A stretch of DNA of 64,000 nucleotides from contig CAVVUS010000047.1 in the NCBI GenBank assembly GCA_963751345.1, forward strand, positions 64,838-128,837. Reading direction: 5' to 3'. Origin of the DNA: an uncultured Chloroflexia bacterium (GTDB lineage: Bacteria; Chloroflexota; Anaerolineae; B4-G1; SLSP01). Numbering within the stretch: position 1 is the stretch's first letter; every line of letters begins with the position of its first letter. The notes beneath the pieces are model-generated. The model was not told where the DNA came from, ran no database searches, and saw nothing but the letters and a program-made list of their open reading frames with translations. The position numbers and the translations under genes are program-made. Below are positions 30,005-40,698 of the stretch, in pieces.

Positions 30005-31351
30005 TCAGAGCACGCCTGTCTGGTCCAGCGGATGGCGGACGCCGCGTCCTTCGTAGCCCCGACCGATGCCGGTGTATTCAAAGCCCAGTTCGCGGACCTT
30101 GGCGGGGTCGTAGATGTTGCGTCCATCGACCAGGACAGGCCGGACCATGGAGGCCTTGATGCGCGCCAGGTCCAGGTTCTTGAACTCGTTCCATTCGGTG
30201 ACGAGGACGAGGGCGTCGGCACCGTCGGCGACCTGGTAGGCATCTTGCGCCATCTCGACATCCTGAAGGATCTCTGCGGCGCGCTCCATGGCCACCGGAT
30301 CGTAGGCACGGATGGAGGCGCCCCTGCGCTGGAGGTTCCGGATGATGTCGATGGAGGGCGCGTCGCGCATGTCGTCGGTGTTGGGCTTGAAGGCCAGGCC
30401 CAGGATCCCGACGACCTTGCCCCGCAGATCGCGCCCGAGGAAGCTCTCGACCTTGCGCACGGGTGAGTGCCGCTGGTCGCGGTTGATGTCCATCACGGCG
30501 TGAAGGAGGTGCGGGTGCCGGCTCTCCACCTCAGCCATCGAGGCAAGGGCCTTGACGTCCTTGGGGAAGCACGACCCGCCCCAGCCCAGGCCTGCGTCGA
30601 GGAATGCCGGGCCGATGCGCTTGTCCAGCCCCATCCCGTACGACACCTCTTTGACGTCGGCCCCAAGCGCCTCGCAGATGTTGGCGATCTCATTGATGAA
30701 CGAGATCTTCGCCGCGAGAAAGGCATTCGAAGCGTACTTGACCATCTCCGCAGTTCGGAGGTCGGTGATCATCAGGGTCGTGCGCAGCGGCAGGTGGAGT
30801 TGCGCCACTTTCTCCGCGGCCTCGCGGTTGGTGGAGCCCAGGATCACCCGATCCGGGCTGGTGAAGTCGCTGATCGCCGACCCCTCGCGCAGGAACTCGG
30901 GACACGAGACGACGTCGAAGTCGGGCACGTCGTGTCTGCGGCTGCGAATGATGTCGGCGACCCAATCGCCCGTGCCCACGGGCACCGTGGATTTGTTCAC
31001 GATGATCAGATAGTGGTCCATCACGTCCGCGATGGACTCGGCAGCCATCCGTACATATCGCAGATCGGCCTGCCCATCTACGTCCGACGGGGTGCCGACG
31101 GCAATGAAGGCGAAATCCGCATCCTTGAGCGCCTCCTCATACGAGGTCGTGAAGATGAGGCGGCCTGCTTTCACGTTGCGCCGGGTCAATTCCTCGAGCC
31201 CCGGCTCGAAGATGGGCATCATGCCGCGGTTGAGGTTGGCGATGCGCTGTTCGTTGATATCGACGCTGGTTACCTTGTTTCCCAGATCGGCAAAACACGC
31301 CCCGCTCACCAATCCTACGTAACCGACGCCGATCAGCGCGATGTTCTTCAT
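30005..31351 (-). CDS. ugd: UDP-glucose 6-dehydrogenase
   Basis: [38 protein letters not shown]. Confidence 0.95.
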   Translation of the reverse strand: MKNIALIGVGYVGLVSGACFADLGNKVTSVDINEQRIANLNRGMMPIFEPGLEELTRRNVKAGRLIFTTSYEEALKDADFAFIAVGTPSDVDGQADLRYVRMAAESIADVMDHYLIIVNKSTVPVGTGDWVADIIRSRRHDVPDFDVVSCPEFLREGSAISDFTSPDRVILGSTNREAAEKVAQLHLPLRTTLMITDLRTAEMVKYASNAFLAAKISFINEIANICEALGADVKEVSYGMGLDKRIGPAFLDAGLGWGGSCFPKDVKALASMAEVESRHPHLLHAVMDINRDQRHSPVRKVESFLGRDLRGKVVGILGLAFKPNTDDMRDAPSIDIIRNLQRRGASIRAYDPVAMERAAEILQDVEMAQDAYQVADGADALVLVTEWNEFKNLDLARIKASMVRPVLVDGRNIYDPAKVRELGFEYTGIGRGYEGRGVRHPLDQTGVL

Positions 31352-31551
31352 AACACGCGTGCTCCTTCATCTTAGTTTGCGCGGCAGGCGCCGCGTTCGA
31401 AGACTCCCCGCCGCAGTGGTCACCGCAGGACGACAGAAGAGTGTGTCGACAATGCAAAAGATGATACCACAAATGGGTGGCAGTCCAACCTGCAAAGGCG
31501 CTCCACCGCCGCCGATTCCCCGCCCCGGCGTTTGATGCTATTATCGACTGC

Positions 31552-32910
31552 ATGACCGCCAAACCAGGTTCAGGGCTTCCGGCTGCGTCTGAGGCGCGGA
31601 TAGGGGAGCTCACAAGCGAGGTCACGGAGTCGCTCATCGCGGACCGGAGGGACTTCCACCGCTATGCCGAGACCGGCTGGTGCGAGCTCCGCACCGCCTC
31701 GCTGATCGCCCGCCGTCTAACCGATCTCGGTCTGGACGTGAGGGTGGGGCGGGACGTCATCGATGAGGCGTCTCGTATGGGCATACCTACCCCTGCCGAT
31801 CTGGCGGCGGCGCTTGTGCGTGCTCGCGCCCAGGGCGCCGATGCCGAGTTCCTGGAGGCCGTCCGCGATGGATTCACCGGCGTCGTGGCCACGCTGGGGC
31901 GCGGCGATGGCCCGACGATCGGCCTGCGCTTCGACATCGACGCCCTGGATCTGGTCGAGAGCCATTCCGCCGGCCATCGTCCATGGATTGAGGGGTTTGC
32001 CTCGGTCAACGATGGTGCGGCACATGCCTGTGGGCACGACGGTCACGCTGCCATTGGGCTGGGGCTGGCACGTGTGCTTGCCGGGCTGCAGGACTCGCTC
32101 CGGGGAACGGTCAAATTGGTCTTCCAGCCGGCCGAAGAGGGTGTCCGCGGCGCGAAGGCGATGGTCATGGCCGGGGTGGTGGACGACGTGGACCTGATGC
32201 TCGGTCTGCATCTCTACAGCGGTTGGCCGGTAGGGCAGGTGGCGCCCGGCAAGGGAGGTTTCCTTGCGACGACCAAACTGGACGCGCTGCTGACCGGAGA
32301 GGCCGCGCACGCGGGGGCCAACCCCCAGGGAGGGCAGAACGCGATGCTGGCGGCAGCGACTGCCGTCTTGAATCTTCACGCGATCCCACGGCACCGTGAC
32401 GGGGTGACCCGTATCAACGTCGGGCGTCTGGTGGCGGGACAGGGCCGCAATGTCATCGCGCCCTCTGCACATCTGGTGCTGGAGACACGCGGGGCGACGA
32501 AGGCGCTCAACGGCTACATGGTGGCATCGGTGACCCGTGTGCTCGAGGCCGCCGCCGCGATGTACGGCTGCAGCCTGGAGATCCGGCCCATGGGCGGGGC
32601 ACAGAGCGCCACCAGCGACCCGCTCCTCGCCGGACGGCTGGGCGAGATCGTGGGCCGTATGCCTGATTTGGGGCTGCGACCGCGTGATTCCGGCGGAGGC
32701 AGCGAGGACTACACCTACATGATGCGCCGCGTCCAGGGGCGCGGCGGCCTGGCGACCAGCATCGGTTTCGGGGCGGATATCGGCGGCTTTGGGCACCACA
32801 CCGCGGAGTTTGATTTTGACGAGGCCGCGCTACCGCTGGCGGTCCGGCTCCTCGCCGACGCCGTGGTCGATCTCCAGCAGCGGCCTCTGTCTCCTGGCCC
32901 TAGTCCCTGA
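31552..32910 (+). CDS. M20 amidohydrolase (AbgA-like)
   Basis: RRDFHRYAETGW, RFDIDAL, HACGHDGH, QPAEEG, GSEDY. Confidence 0.9.
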   Translation: MTAKPGSGLPAASEARIGELTSEVTESLIADRRDFHRYAETGWCELRTASLIARRLTDLGLDVRVGRDVIDEASRMGIPTPADLAAALVRARAQGADAEFLEAVRDGFTGVVATLGRGDGPTIGLRFDIDALDLVESHSAGHRPWIEGFASVNDGAAHACGHDGHAAIGLGLARVLAGLQDSLRGTVKLVFQPAEEGVRGAKAMVMAGVVDDVDLMLGLHLYSGWPVGQVAPGKGGFLATTKLDALLTGEAAHAGANPQGGQNAMLAAATAVLNLHAIPRHRDGVTRINVGRLVAGQGRNVIAPSAHLVLETRGATKALNGYMVASVTRVLEAAAAMYGCSLEIRPMGGAQSATSDPLLAGRLGEIVGRMPDLGLRPRDSGGGSEDYTYMMRRVQGRGGLATSIGFGADIGGFGHHTAEFDFDEAALPLAVRLLADAVVDLQQRPLSPGPSP

Positions 32911-33286
32911 TCTCCGCCAAACGCCTGAGCAGTGCCTGCACGCGTCCGACTTTGAGTACGTGTCCCCAGAGGCCATCGCCAAATCGCTCGCCCCGCACGC
33001 AATAGGTCAGCATCGTCTTGATCTCGTCGAGTGTCGCATGGGCGACCACGTCATCGTCATACAGCATCTCGTGCGCGGTGGCGGGCTCGTACTCGTAATC
33101 GCTCCAGACCTCGCGGCCTGCCAGGCGAAAAAAGGCCACGACGTCCTCCTCGTATTCCGGGAAGGGGAAGGTGCCATCCCCGCCACGCCACTTGCGGATG
33201 AACTTGCGGCCCCTTACTTCGAAGCCCGGCAGGAAGGCGAGCAGCGCGTCGATCTGTTCTGTGGTCACGCCGGTGGGCCTGTTCAT
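32900..33286 (-). CDS. DUF6508-like protein
   Basis: LTYCVRGERFGDGLW...ALLRRL. Confidence 0.7.
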   Translation of the reverse strand: MNRPTGVTTEQIDALLAFLPGFEVRGRKFIRKWRGGDGTFPFPEYEEDVVAFFRLAGREVWSDYEYEPATAHEMLYDDDVVAHATLDEIKTMLTYCVRGERFGDGLWGHVLKVGRVQALLRRLAEIRD

Positions 33287-33855
33287 CAGCGCATCCCCAG
33301 GGTCTCGCCCCTCATGAGTAGTCCGATTGCCTCTGCCAGGCGGCTCTGCTGTGTCGCCTCGCGCTTGGCGCTGGTGATCCAGCCGAGATACCGCCGGCGA
33401 TGTGAAGGGGCAAGCCGTTCGAAGTTAGTCCATGCCGGCGGGTGCGCCTGCATCGTCTCCCGAATCCAGTCAGGCACCGCGGGCTCTCCCCGAAGCCGAC
33501 CTGCATCCGGGTCCTTGGTCTCGTCGAAGTCGACCACCGCGAGGCCCGCCTCCGTCATACGGCCCGCCGCCTGCATCTTCGCTAACCGCCGGCGGTTGGG
33601 CCCGGACCAGTTGGAGCCTGGCCGGCGTGGGGTGAACTTGCGCGCGTAGCGCTCGTCGTCGATTCGCTGGATCAGGCTGTCGACCCAGCCATAGCAGATG
33701 GCATCCTCGACCGCGTGCTCGTAGGGCAAGCTTGGCTTGCCGGTACCCGTCTTGTAGAAGATCAACCACACCTCCGCCGTATCAGCGTGGTGGGCCGCCA
33801 ACCATGCGCACCACGCCTCGCGATCGGCGACGCACAACGTCTCGTTCATTTCCAT
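33286..33855 (-). CDS. YdeI/OmpD-associated family protein
   Basis: WLAAHH, AICYGWVDS, FTPRRPGSNWS, WITSAKREAT. Confidence 0.9.
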   Translation of the reverse strand: MEMNETLCVADREAWCAWLAAHHADTAEVWLIFYKTGTGKPSLPYEHAVEDAICYGWVDSLIQRIDDERYARKFTPRRPGSNWSGPNRRRLAKMQAAGRMTEAGLAVVDFDETKDPDAGRLRGEPAVPDWIRETMQAHPPAWTNFERLAPSHRRRYLGWITSAKREATQQSRLAEAIGLLMRGETLGMR

Positions 33856-33932
33856 TCGTCGCCTCCTCAGTGCCTCCCGTCTGGCGGCAGGCCCCAGAGG
33901 TTGTGGACCTCATGGCGCTCCCGCGCTTTGCG

Positions 33933-34493
33933 CTACCCTACGGCTGACGTGGCAGCGATGGCTGCCGCGGCCGAGTCCTCCTGCTGGAGGACGATGAGAT
34001 ACCAGCCGACGAGCACCAGGGGGCCCACATCGGGCGACGTGCGGCCGAGATCGGTGATATCCACGAGCGCCTGCTGCTTGAAGAGCCCTTTCGCGCCCGA
34101 GTCCACACCGCCTGAGCGATAGGTGACGAGGGCGCTGCCCTCCACGTCCTGGATCTCGTACCGAGTTGCCCAGAAGTTGGCGACATGCCAGTGGTAGACG
34201 CGCCCTTCCATGAAGGTCAGCTCTCCCTCAGTCCCGCTCCACTTGGGCCGATAGACCGCGATTTCCTCCGTGCCGCCGGCCTGGCGCACGGTGACGTGGG
34301 GCCTGAAGAACCCCATACGCTTGAATGACCAGGCCTGCCCATTTGCCGTGGCCGTAGCCAGCGAGCCAAACGCCGTCTCGAAGGTCAGGCCCCCGACCAG
34401 GGCTTCGCCTGCCTTGAGCTCGAAGGTACGCTGCCTCGCCTTCGGCTGTACCCAGGACAACTCGGACGTCAGATGGTCTGATAAGGATAGCAT
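33933..34493 (-). CDS. Hypothetical protein
   Basis: GAGGAGG RBS; WSFKRMGFF; LVLVGWYL. Confidence 0.7.
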   Translation of the reverse strand: MLSLSDHLTSELSWVQPKARQRTFELKAGEALVGGLTFETAFGSLATATANGQAWSFKRMGFFRPHVTVRQAGGTEEIAVYRPKWSGTEGELTFMEGRVYHWHVANFWATRYEIQDVEGSALVTYRSGGVDSGAKGLFKQQALVDITDLGRTSPDVGPLVLVGWYLIVLQQEDSAAAAIAATSAVG

Positions 34494-34859
34494 GATCGCC
34501 TCCTCTGACACATATGTTGCGTGACAAGTGACCGGCACAACCCGGTTCGCTCTCCGTCCTGTGTATAGTGTAGCACAGCTATGCGCCGCGCGTCATTGGG
34601 CCGGCGGCGGATTCAGGGCTGTACCTGTGACCAGTAGGGGCGCTTGATCTCAGAAGCTCGCGAAGCCGCGCTGCATCTCAGGGATTCCGGCGCCGCTCCG
34701 TATTCTGCCCGCAGCACACACAAGGCGGAGCCGGAAGACGCGGCGCCTCGGACGGCGACCGGCGGGGCGTCTCTACAAGGGCGGCGACTGAGATGCGTAC
34801 ACCCTCGCTGCGTTGCCCTCCGGGACGTGCCGGGTATACTGGCAATCGATCGTCCACAG

Positions 34860-34948
34860 GAGCGATGCGGCTCGCGGGGCCATAGGTTACCGTTGAGAAG
34901 ACCGATAGCCTCTACGCCATGACCGGGGTCGTGAGTAGGGGCTTTTTC
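34860..34948 (+). ncRNA. Fluoride (crcB) riboswitch with overlapping intrinsic terminator
   Basis: GCGATGCGGCTCGC...CCGATAGCCTCTAC resembles the crcB motif; terminator AGCCTCTAC/GTAGGGGCT-TTTT; TTGCCC-N16-TATACT promoter at 34813-34840; directly upstream of crcB. Confidence 0.82.
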
Positions 34949-35019
34949 TCGTCCCGGGGTCGACGCCAGCACGGCAGTTCCGAGCGACTCACCGGTTCAA
35001 AGGAGTGACGGGACACACG

Positions 35020-35418
35020 ATGCACATCAAGATGACAGGGCCGTTAGGGGACATCCTGTATCTCTCGTTGGGAGCGGCGGCGGGGGCCAATCTGCGGTAC
35101 TGGTTCGGCGCCTGGCTGTCGCAGCGATTGAGCAGTACATTCCCCTACGCAACGCTCATCATCAACGTGACCGGGAGCCTGGTCCTCGGCTTCATCATGA
35201 CGGTGGCGACCCAGAGATACCTCGTCAACCCACGCCTCCGCATGACGTTGACGGTCGGCTTCTTGGGTGCATACACGACTTTCTCCACCTACGAGTACGA
35301 GAGCGTGAACCTGATGTTGGGGGGCCAATGGGGGACGGGCTTGCTGAACCTTGGCGAGAGTGCGATCATCGGGGCGGTGGCCGTGGGCGTTGGCGTCCTG
35401 CTGGCCCGGATCGTCTGA
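35020..35418 (+). CDS. crcB: Fluoride channel Fluc
   Basis: GANLRY, FPYATLIINVTGS, GFLGAYTTFSTY. Confidence 0.95.
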   Translation: MHIKMTGPLGDILYLSLGAAAGANLRYWFGAWLSQRLSSTFPYATLIINVTGSLVLGFIMTVATQRYLVNPRLRMTLTVGFLGAYTTFSTYEYESVNLMLGGQWGTGLLNLGESAIIGAVAVGVGVLLARIV

Positions 35419-35428
35419 GGGGGTGGAC

Positions 35429-36724
35429 ATGGGCAACGTTGAGCTCGATGGGCAGGCACAGAGGATGTGCATCTACATTGGTGAAAGCGATAGCTGGCAC
35501 GGGCAGCCGCTGTATGCAGCCATCTTGGAGTCGCTCAAGGTGCACGGTCTGGCGGGGGCCACCGTGATACGTGGCGTCGCCGGCTTCGGCGCCCATTCAC
35601 GCGCGATCCACACGGCCGCGATCCTGCGGCTCTCTCAGGATCTGCCTCTGCGCATTGAGGTCGTCGATACGCCCTCGCGCATCTCTGAGGCACTTGACCT
35701 GATCGAGCCTATGGTCGGCGAGGGCATGATCACGCTGGAAGCGGTCCGGGTCGTGCGCTACACCCACCGCTACCTCAACCCTCTGCCCGCCGACCGCCCG
35801 GTCTCGGAGGTGATGACGCGCGACGCGATCTCTGCGAGCGCCGCCATGACGGTGGCCGAGGCGTGGCATCTGATGTTGGAGCGGAATGTGAAGACGCTCC
35901 CTGTCGTCGACGAGCGCGGCAAAGTCGTCGGGATGCTGACCGACGATGATCTGCTCGAGCGCGCGGGCCTGCGCCAACGACTCTCGGTGGCGCGCCAACT
36001 GGACGCGGCGCTGGTCGAGGAGGAGCTCGCCGCGCTGGAGGGATCCTCTCAGCGTGTCTCGGAGATCATGAGCCAGCCTGTCATTGTCGTCCGCGACGAC
36101 GAGTCGCTGGGCCATGCGGCGCGGCAAATGACGCGGCGCGGCGTGAAGCGGCTGCCGGTCGTGGATGGCGACGGTAAGCTCATGGGCGTGCTCTCGCGTG
36201 TGGACGTCCTCTGCCAGGTCGCCGATATGAAGCCGGGCCGCCGCGCCGGACGGCACTCTCCTCCTGTGGGTCGAACCCTGGGCGAGGTGATGTCGCCGAT
36301 CGTGCCCACGGTCCACCAGGGCAGCGACCTTCAGGCCATCATCGCGACCTTCGTGGAGACGGGGTCGCACCGGCTTATTGTGACGGGCGAGGAGGGAAGG
36401 GTGGTGGGCCTGGTCAGCGACGCCGACGTGATCGGCAAGCTGCCGACGACGCACCATCGAGGGCTGCTTGCCGCGCTTCGCGGCACCGGTGCGCCGCCAC
36501 AGATCACGCTTAGGGCACAGGACCTGATGTCCGAAGGTGCGTTGAGCGCGCCCCCCGACACCACGATCATCGAGGCGCTGCGGCTTATGATCCCGCAGGA
36601 GCGGAAGTGGATCGTGGTTGTGGACGACGCGGGGAAGCCGTTGGGGTTGGCAGACCGCGCGATTCTTCTGGCGTCGATCACGCCTGGGGCGGAGGGATCT
36701 GCAGCCATCGCGCGTAGCACCTGA
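35429..36724 (+). CDS. DUF190 (PII-like) fused to four CBS domains
   Basis: IYIGESDSWHGQPLY...GATVIRGVAGFG...LSQDLP; four CBS repeats (e.g. LPVVDERGKVVGMLT). Confidence 0.9.
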   Translation: MGNVELDGQAQRMCIYIGESDSWHGQPLYAAILESLKVHGLAGATVIRGVAGFGAHSRAIHTAAILRLSQDLPLRIEVVDTPSRISEALDLIEPMVGEGMITLEAVRVVRYTHRYLNPLPADRPVSEVMTRDAISASAAMTVAEAWHLMLERNVKTLPVVDERGKVVGMLTDDDLLERAGLRQRLSVARQLDAALVEEELAALEGSSQRVSEIMSQPVIVVRDDESLGHAARQMTRRGVKRLPVVDGDGKLMGVLSRVDVLCQVADMKPGRRAGRHSPPVGRTLGEVMSPIVPTVHQGSDLQAIIATFVETGSHRLIVTGEEGRVVGLVSDADVIGKLPTTHHRGLLAALRGTGAPPQITLRAQDLMSEGALSAPPDTTIIEALRLMIPQERKWIVVVDDAGKPLGLADRAILLASITPGAEGSAAIARST

Positions 36725-36795
36725 TCGGATAAAAGCCGGGAGGGGTTAGGTAAGCACGCGATTTGCCGTGCCTATCACCCGATGGAGGTGCCCTG

Positions 36796-37689
36796 ATGTC
36801 GTCGTCACGCCGTGTTCGCGCGATCCTCGAAGCTTTGCTCGTGACCCTGCTCTGGTCCACATCTTGGGTGCTGATCAAGCGCTATCTCGCCGAAATCCCC
36901 TCGTTGATCTTCGCCGGGCTCCGTTATACGCTCGCGTTTCTCGTCCTGCTGCCCGGTACGTTCAGACACCGGGCGCGGGTGCGCGCGCTCACGGGCCGGG
37001 AGTGGGGACGGCTCGCGGTGCTGGGCCTGGTCTTCTATACGCTAACTCAGGGTGGGCAATTCGTCACCCTGGCCCACCTGGAGGCGGTGACCTTCAGCTT
37101 GCTGCTGAACTTCAGCGCGGTCCTCGTCGCGTTGGCCGGGATCGTAACCCTGCGCGAGATGCCCTCGCGGCTGCAGTGGGCCGGCATCGCGCTCTTTGTC
37201 GTGGGGACGCTGGTCTACTTCTCGACGGGGACGACCTGGGAGGGCCGCGCGCTCGGGCTCACGTTGGCGGGGCTGACGGTCTGCGCGAACGCGGCGGCCG
37301 CGCTCCTCGGGCGGTGGGTGAACCGGGAGCAGACGCTGTCCCCCATTGTGGTAACGTGCATCAGTATGGGCATCGGCGCGGTTGTCATGCTGGTGCTGGG
37401 ACTCGTCGTCCAGGGCTGGCCCACGATCACGCTGGAAGGGTGGCTCGTCATCCTCTGGTTGGCCATCGTCAACTCTGCCCTGGCCTTCACGCTGTGGAAC
37501 CATACGCTCACCGTGCTGTCGGCAACGGAGTCGTCGATCATCAACAACACGATGCTGATCCAGATTGCGGTGCTCGCGTGGCTCTTCCTCGGCGAGCGGC
37601 TGGACGCCCGAGAGGTTGCCGGCCTGGTTGTGGCAGCCGTGGGCATCCTGATCGTGCAGGTGCGGCCCCGCCTGCAGCGGGGTCCATAG
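36796..37689 (+). CDS. EamA/DMT family transporter
   Basis: About 10 TMs in two repeats; LWSTSWVLIK; AWLFLGE. Confidence 0.9.
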   Translation: MSSSRRVRAILEALLVTLLWSTSWVLIKRYLAEIPSLIFAGLRYTLAFLVLLPGTFRHRARVRALTGREWGRLAVLGLVFYTLTQGGQFVTLAHLEAVTFSLLLNFSAVLVALAGIVTLREMPSRLQWAGIALFVVGTLVYFSTGTTWEGRALGLTLAGLTVCANAAAALLGRWVNREQTLSPIVVTCISMGIGAVVMLVLGLVVQGWPTITLEGWLVILWLAIVNSALAFTLWNHTLTVLSATESSIINNTMLIQIAVLAWLFLGERLDAREVAGLVVAAVGILIVQVRPRLQRGP

Positions 37690-37752
37690 ATTGCCTTCGC
37701 CGACCGGCCGGCGGCCCTAGCCGATGCGGATGGGCGATTTGCGCCCGGCCGA

Positions 37753-38619
37753 CTACAACCCTTCGCCGCAGCCCACCATCTGCACGGTCCACGCCCATAG
37801 CCGCTGCTGGGCCTCCTCGTCATAGGTGAAGTTCGCGGAGCGAATGGGCTTCTTGTTGACGAAGTACTTCCCATTGACGTCTGCGACGCCCGGATCGCTG
37901 GCGAGGTAGACCACGGTGGATGCGCCCTCCTCGGGCGTTTTGGCGATCAGCTTGATGCCAAACTGAACGATGGCGCTGGCACAGCCGAGGTTGCGGTAGA
38001 AGTTCGTCCCCACAAAGCCCGGATGGAGCGCGTTGGCGGTCACGCCGGTGCCTTCCAGCCGGCGCGCGAGCACATACGTCATCATAATCATGGCCGTCTT
38101 CGACTGGCCGTAGGCCCTGAAGGCGCGGTACTTTTTCTCCTGCTGCGGGTCCGAGAAGTCGAAGCTTGAGCGCTGGTGCGCGTCCGACGCGACGTTGACG
38201 ATGCGCGCGGGTGCGCTTGCCTTGAGTTCGTCGAGGAGCAGGCAAGTGAGGAGAAAGACGTTGAGGTGATTGAGGGCTAGCGTCATCTCGATGCCGTCCG
38301 GCGAGACGCGCCGGCCCATAAAGTATGCGCCGACGTTGTTGATCAGCACGTCAAGCCTGGGGAAGAGTTCCTTGTAGGCCACAGCCAGTTTGCGCACATC
38401 GGCCTGGGCCGAGAGATCGGCCTGCAGGTATCCGATCGTTGCCGCGCCGGCCTCCCGCCGGACCGACTCGACGATGGCTTCGTCGCGTTCGGGGCGATGT
38501 CCTACCATCACGATCGTGCCGCCCTGGCGTGCGAGAGCCCTTGCCGTCTCCAGACCTATCCCCGACGTCGCCCCGGTGATCAGGTAGACGGGCGATGCGT
38601 CCCTTCGATCCTCTGTCAT
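37753..38619 (-). CDS. SDR oxidoreductase (retinol dehydrogenase-like)
   Basis: TGATSGIG, NNVG, YGQSK, LHPG. Confidence 0.93.
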   Translation of the reverse strand: MTEDRRDASPVYLITGATSGIGLETARALARQGGTIVMVGHRPERDEAIVESVRREAGAATIGYLQADLSAQADVRKLAVAYKELFPRLDVLINNVGAYFMGRRVSPDGIEMTLALNHLNVFLLTCLLLDELKASAPARIVNVASDAHQRSSFDFSDPQQEKKYRAFRAYGQSKTAMIMMTYVLARRLEGTGVTANALHPGFVGTNFYRNLGCASAIVQFGIKLIAKTPEEGASTVVYLASDPGVADVNGKYFVNKKPIRSANFTYDEEAQQRLWAWTVQMVGCGEGL

Positions 38620-38765
38620 GTTACGTCCCTCCTGTCGTCGATCGGCGGATCAAGCGTTGGGTGCCATTCGACACAAACGCAGATCCACCTGGAACCTGAA
38701 TAATGGCCGGTGGTTCCCCGTGAATCGAAGATCCGCGGGGAGCGTATCGACCCAGGGTGGCCGGG

Positions 38766-39611
38766 TCAGTCGTCAACTCGCAGGGCCGCTAACACCTCGT
38801 CGAGTGCGGGCAGGGGCTCTGCGTCCTTGTAGTCGGCGATGCGCCGATAGAGTTCGGCGGCGGCCTCGTGGAACCCGTCCGGCAGCCCGGCTTCGCGGAA
38901 GGTTGCTGCGATCTCGTCCATCTCCCCTGCGAAGCGCCAGGCCCGCTCGGTGACGTGGCGGACGCGACTGTGCGTCTGCGCGGCGAAGTCAGACCCGCCC
39001 CGAGACCAGAGTGCCTCCAAGGCGTCCCTGACGCCGGTGGCCTCCGCCGTGGCCAGGATGCCCGCAAGCAGCGCGGTCGTCCCCTTGGTGTAGGCGGCGA
39101 AGCACATCTTGAGCGCGGCCGCATGGCCGATCTCGCTGCTGACGATGGCGGTCTCAAGCGGCCCGGACGCGAAGCACGCCGCCGCGCGCGCGGCAGCGGG
39201 TCCGGCCAGGTGAAGCCACGTCCGCCCCGGCTCCCAAGCCGGCCCGCCCGTGATGCTCCCGTCGACGAACTGGGCGCCGCTCTCCGCCATCGCCGTGGCG
39301 ATACGCAGCGTGCGTCCCGGCGAGATGGCGTTGGCATCGAGGTAGAGCCCCCGGAAGCCGCACGCCACCACGTCCGTGGCGATCTCCTCCGCCGCGTGCG
39401 GCGGACAGATGCTTACGATCACCGAGCACGTCTCGCAGAGTGCGTGTAGTGTCCCGGCGTCGACCAGATCGTGAGCCTTGGCCCTGGCATGGGTCGCCTC
39501 GCTGCGGCCCTCCGAGGCCCAGTAGGCCACGTGCCCGCTGTTCTGGGCCGACGCGGCCAGCGAGATACCCATGTTGCCGGGGTGCAGGAATCCGATGTGC
39601 AAGCTTGTCAC
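38766..39611 (-). CDS. NAD(P)-dependent oxidoreductase with DUF1932
   Basis: LHPGNMG, DANAISP, ALKMCFAAYTKG, AWRFAGEMDEIA. Confidence 0.88.
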   Translation of the reverse strand: MTSLHIGFLHPGNMGISLAASAQNSGHVAYWASEGRSEATHARAKAHDLVDAGTLHALCETCSVIVSICPPHAAEEIATDVVACGFRGLYLDANAISPGRTLRIATAMAESGAQFVDGSITGGPAWEPGRTWLHLAGPAAARAAACFASGPLETAIVSSEIGHAAALKMCFAAYTKGTTALLAGILATAEATGVRDALEALWSRGGSDFAAQTHSRVRHVTERAWRFAGEMDEIAATFREAGLPDGFHEAAAELYRRIADYKDAEPLPALDEVLAALRVDD

Positions 39612-39634
39612 GCTATACTCCTCTCTGGGTGGAG

Positions 39635-39685
39635 AACCTTGCGAAGGTGTCCCGAGCTACGCTCGGGCATAACCTTCGCAAGGTT
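39635..39685. repeat. REP doublet with internal hairpin
   Basis: AACCTTGCGAAGGT-gt-CCCGAGC-tac-GCTCGGG-cat-AACCTTCGCAAGGTT. Confidence 0.8.
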
Positions 39686-39717
39686 GGGGATGGGTGGGAA
39701 GCCAGTGGCTCCGATTG

Positions 39718-40642
39718 TCACCTGGAAATGTCCATCACCGTCTGCACGGTCAGTTCTCGGGGCACGGTGTGCCCACTGTCGTACAGCGTCAAGGTGGGCG
39801 CGTAGCCCGCCGCTTCCAGCCGGGCCTTAAAGGTCTCGGCAACCTGTGCCGGTACGGTCGTATCGAACTCCCCCTGCAGCAGCGCGATCTTGAGGCCCGC
39901 GGTGCCGTCCATCTGCGAGAGCAGCGCATAGAGGTCGGGGTTGCTCTGCGCGAAGCCGTCGGCGAGCGTGTAGGCGCCGCCGATGCCGACGAATGCCCGG
40001 ACGGCGAGGGGCTCATCCGCCGCTGCGCACGCCGCCTGCTGCTGCGGGCCATCGTGACCAGCGGCATAGGTTTCCCAAAGCCGACCCAGGTCGTCTGCGT
40101 TCAGTGCCACGAATGCTCCGACCCCGCCGCCCATCGAGAAGCCGGCGAGTGTGAGGTTTTCGGGGTTGCCGCCGTAGGCAGGGGCGTTCGCCCGCGCGAA
40201 GCGGACGGCGCACGCCATGACCTCGGTCATCTCACGCCACGACGCAGCCGACGATGGGTCGGTTGGCCAGCTCGGGGTGAAGACGACAGCCCCTTGTCTT
40301 GCCAGCTCGCGACTGACCGTCACCATCGCGGCTTTGGTCTGTCCGAACCCGTGGGCGAAGACGACGACAGGAGCGATTCCCGGCGTCGTTTGCGGGCGCT
40401 GGGACGTAGATATCGAGCGTGTGCACCTTGGCCGAGTCCGCAACCGGCAGCGCGTAGACGGCGTCCTCAACAACCTCGACGGCGGGTGCCTCGGCGGGTG
40501 AGGGTCTCGTTGCGGTCGCCGGGAGCGAGGTGGGCATGGCGGTCGGCGTCCGGACCTCCGGCAGCGCCTGCGTGCACGCTGCCAGCACGGTCAGCATGGC
40601 GACAAGGGGCCCGGTGAGCACCCTTCGAGCGCTTCGACGCAT
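39718..40642 (-). pseudogene. Lipoprotein alpha/beta hydrolase, split by 1-nt indel at ~40378
   Basis: Lipobox LAAC, Pro/Thr linker, TLDIYVP then PVVVFAHG in other frame; GFSMGG nucleophile, D and H downstream. Confidence 0.8.
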
Positions 40643-40698
40643 CGTCAACTCCTTGAGAACGGGATCCTCTACGGACAGCACCCTAACGGCGTATCGGC

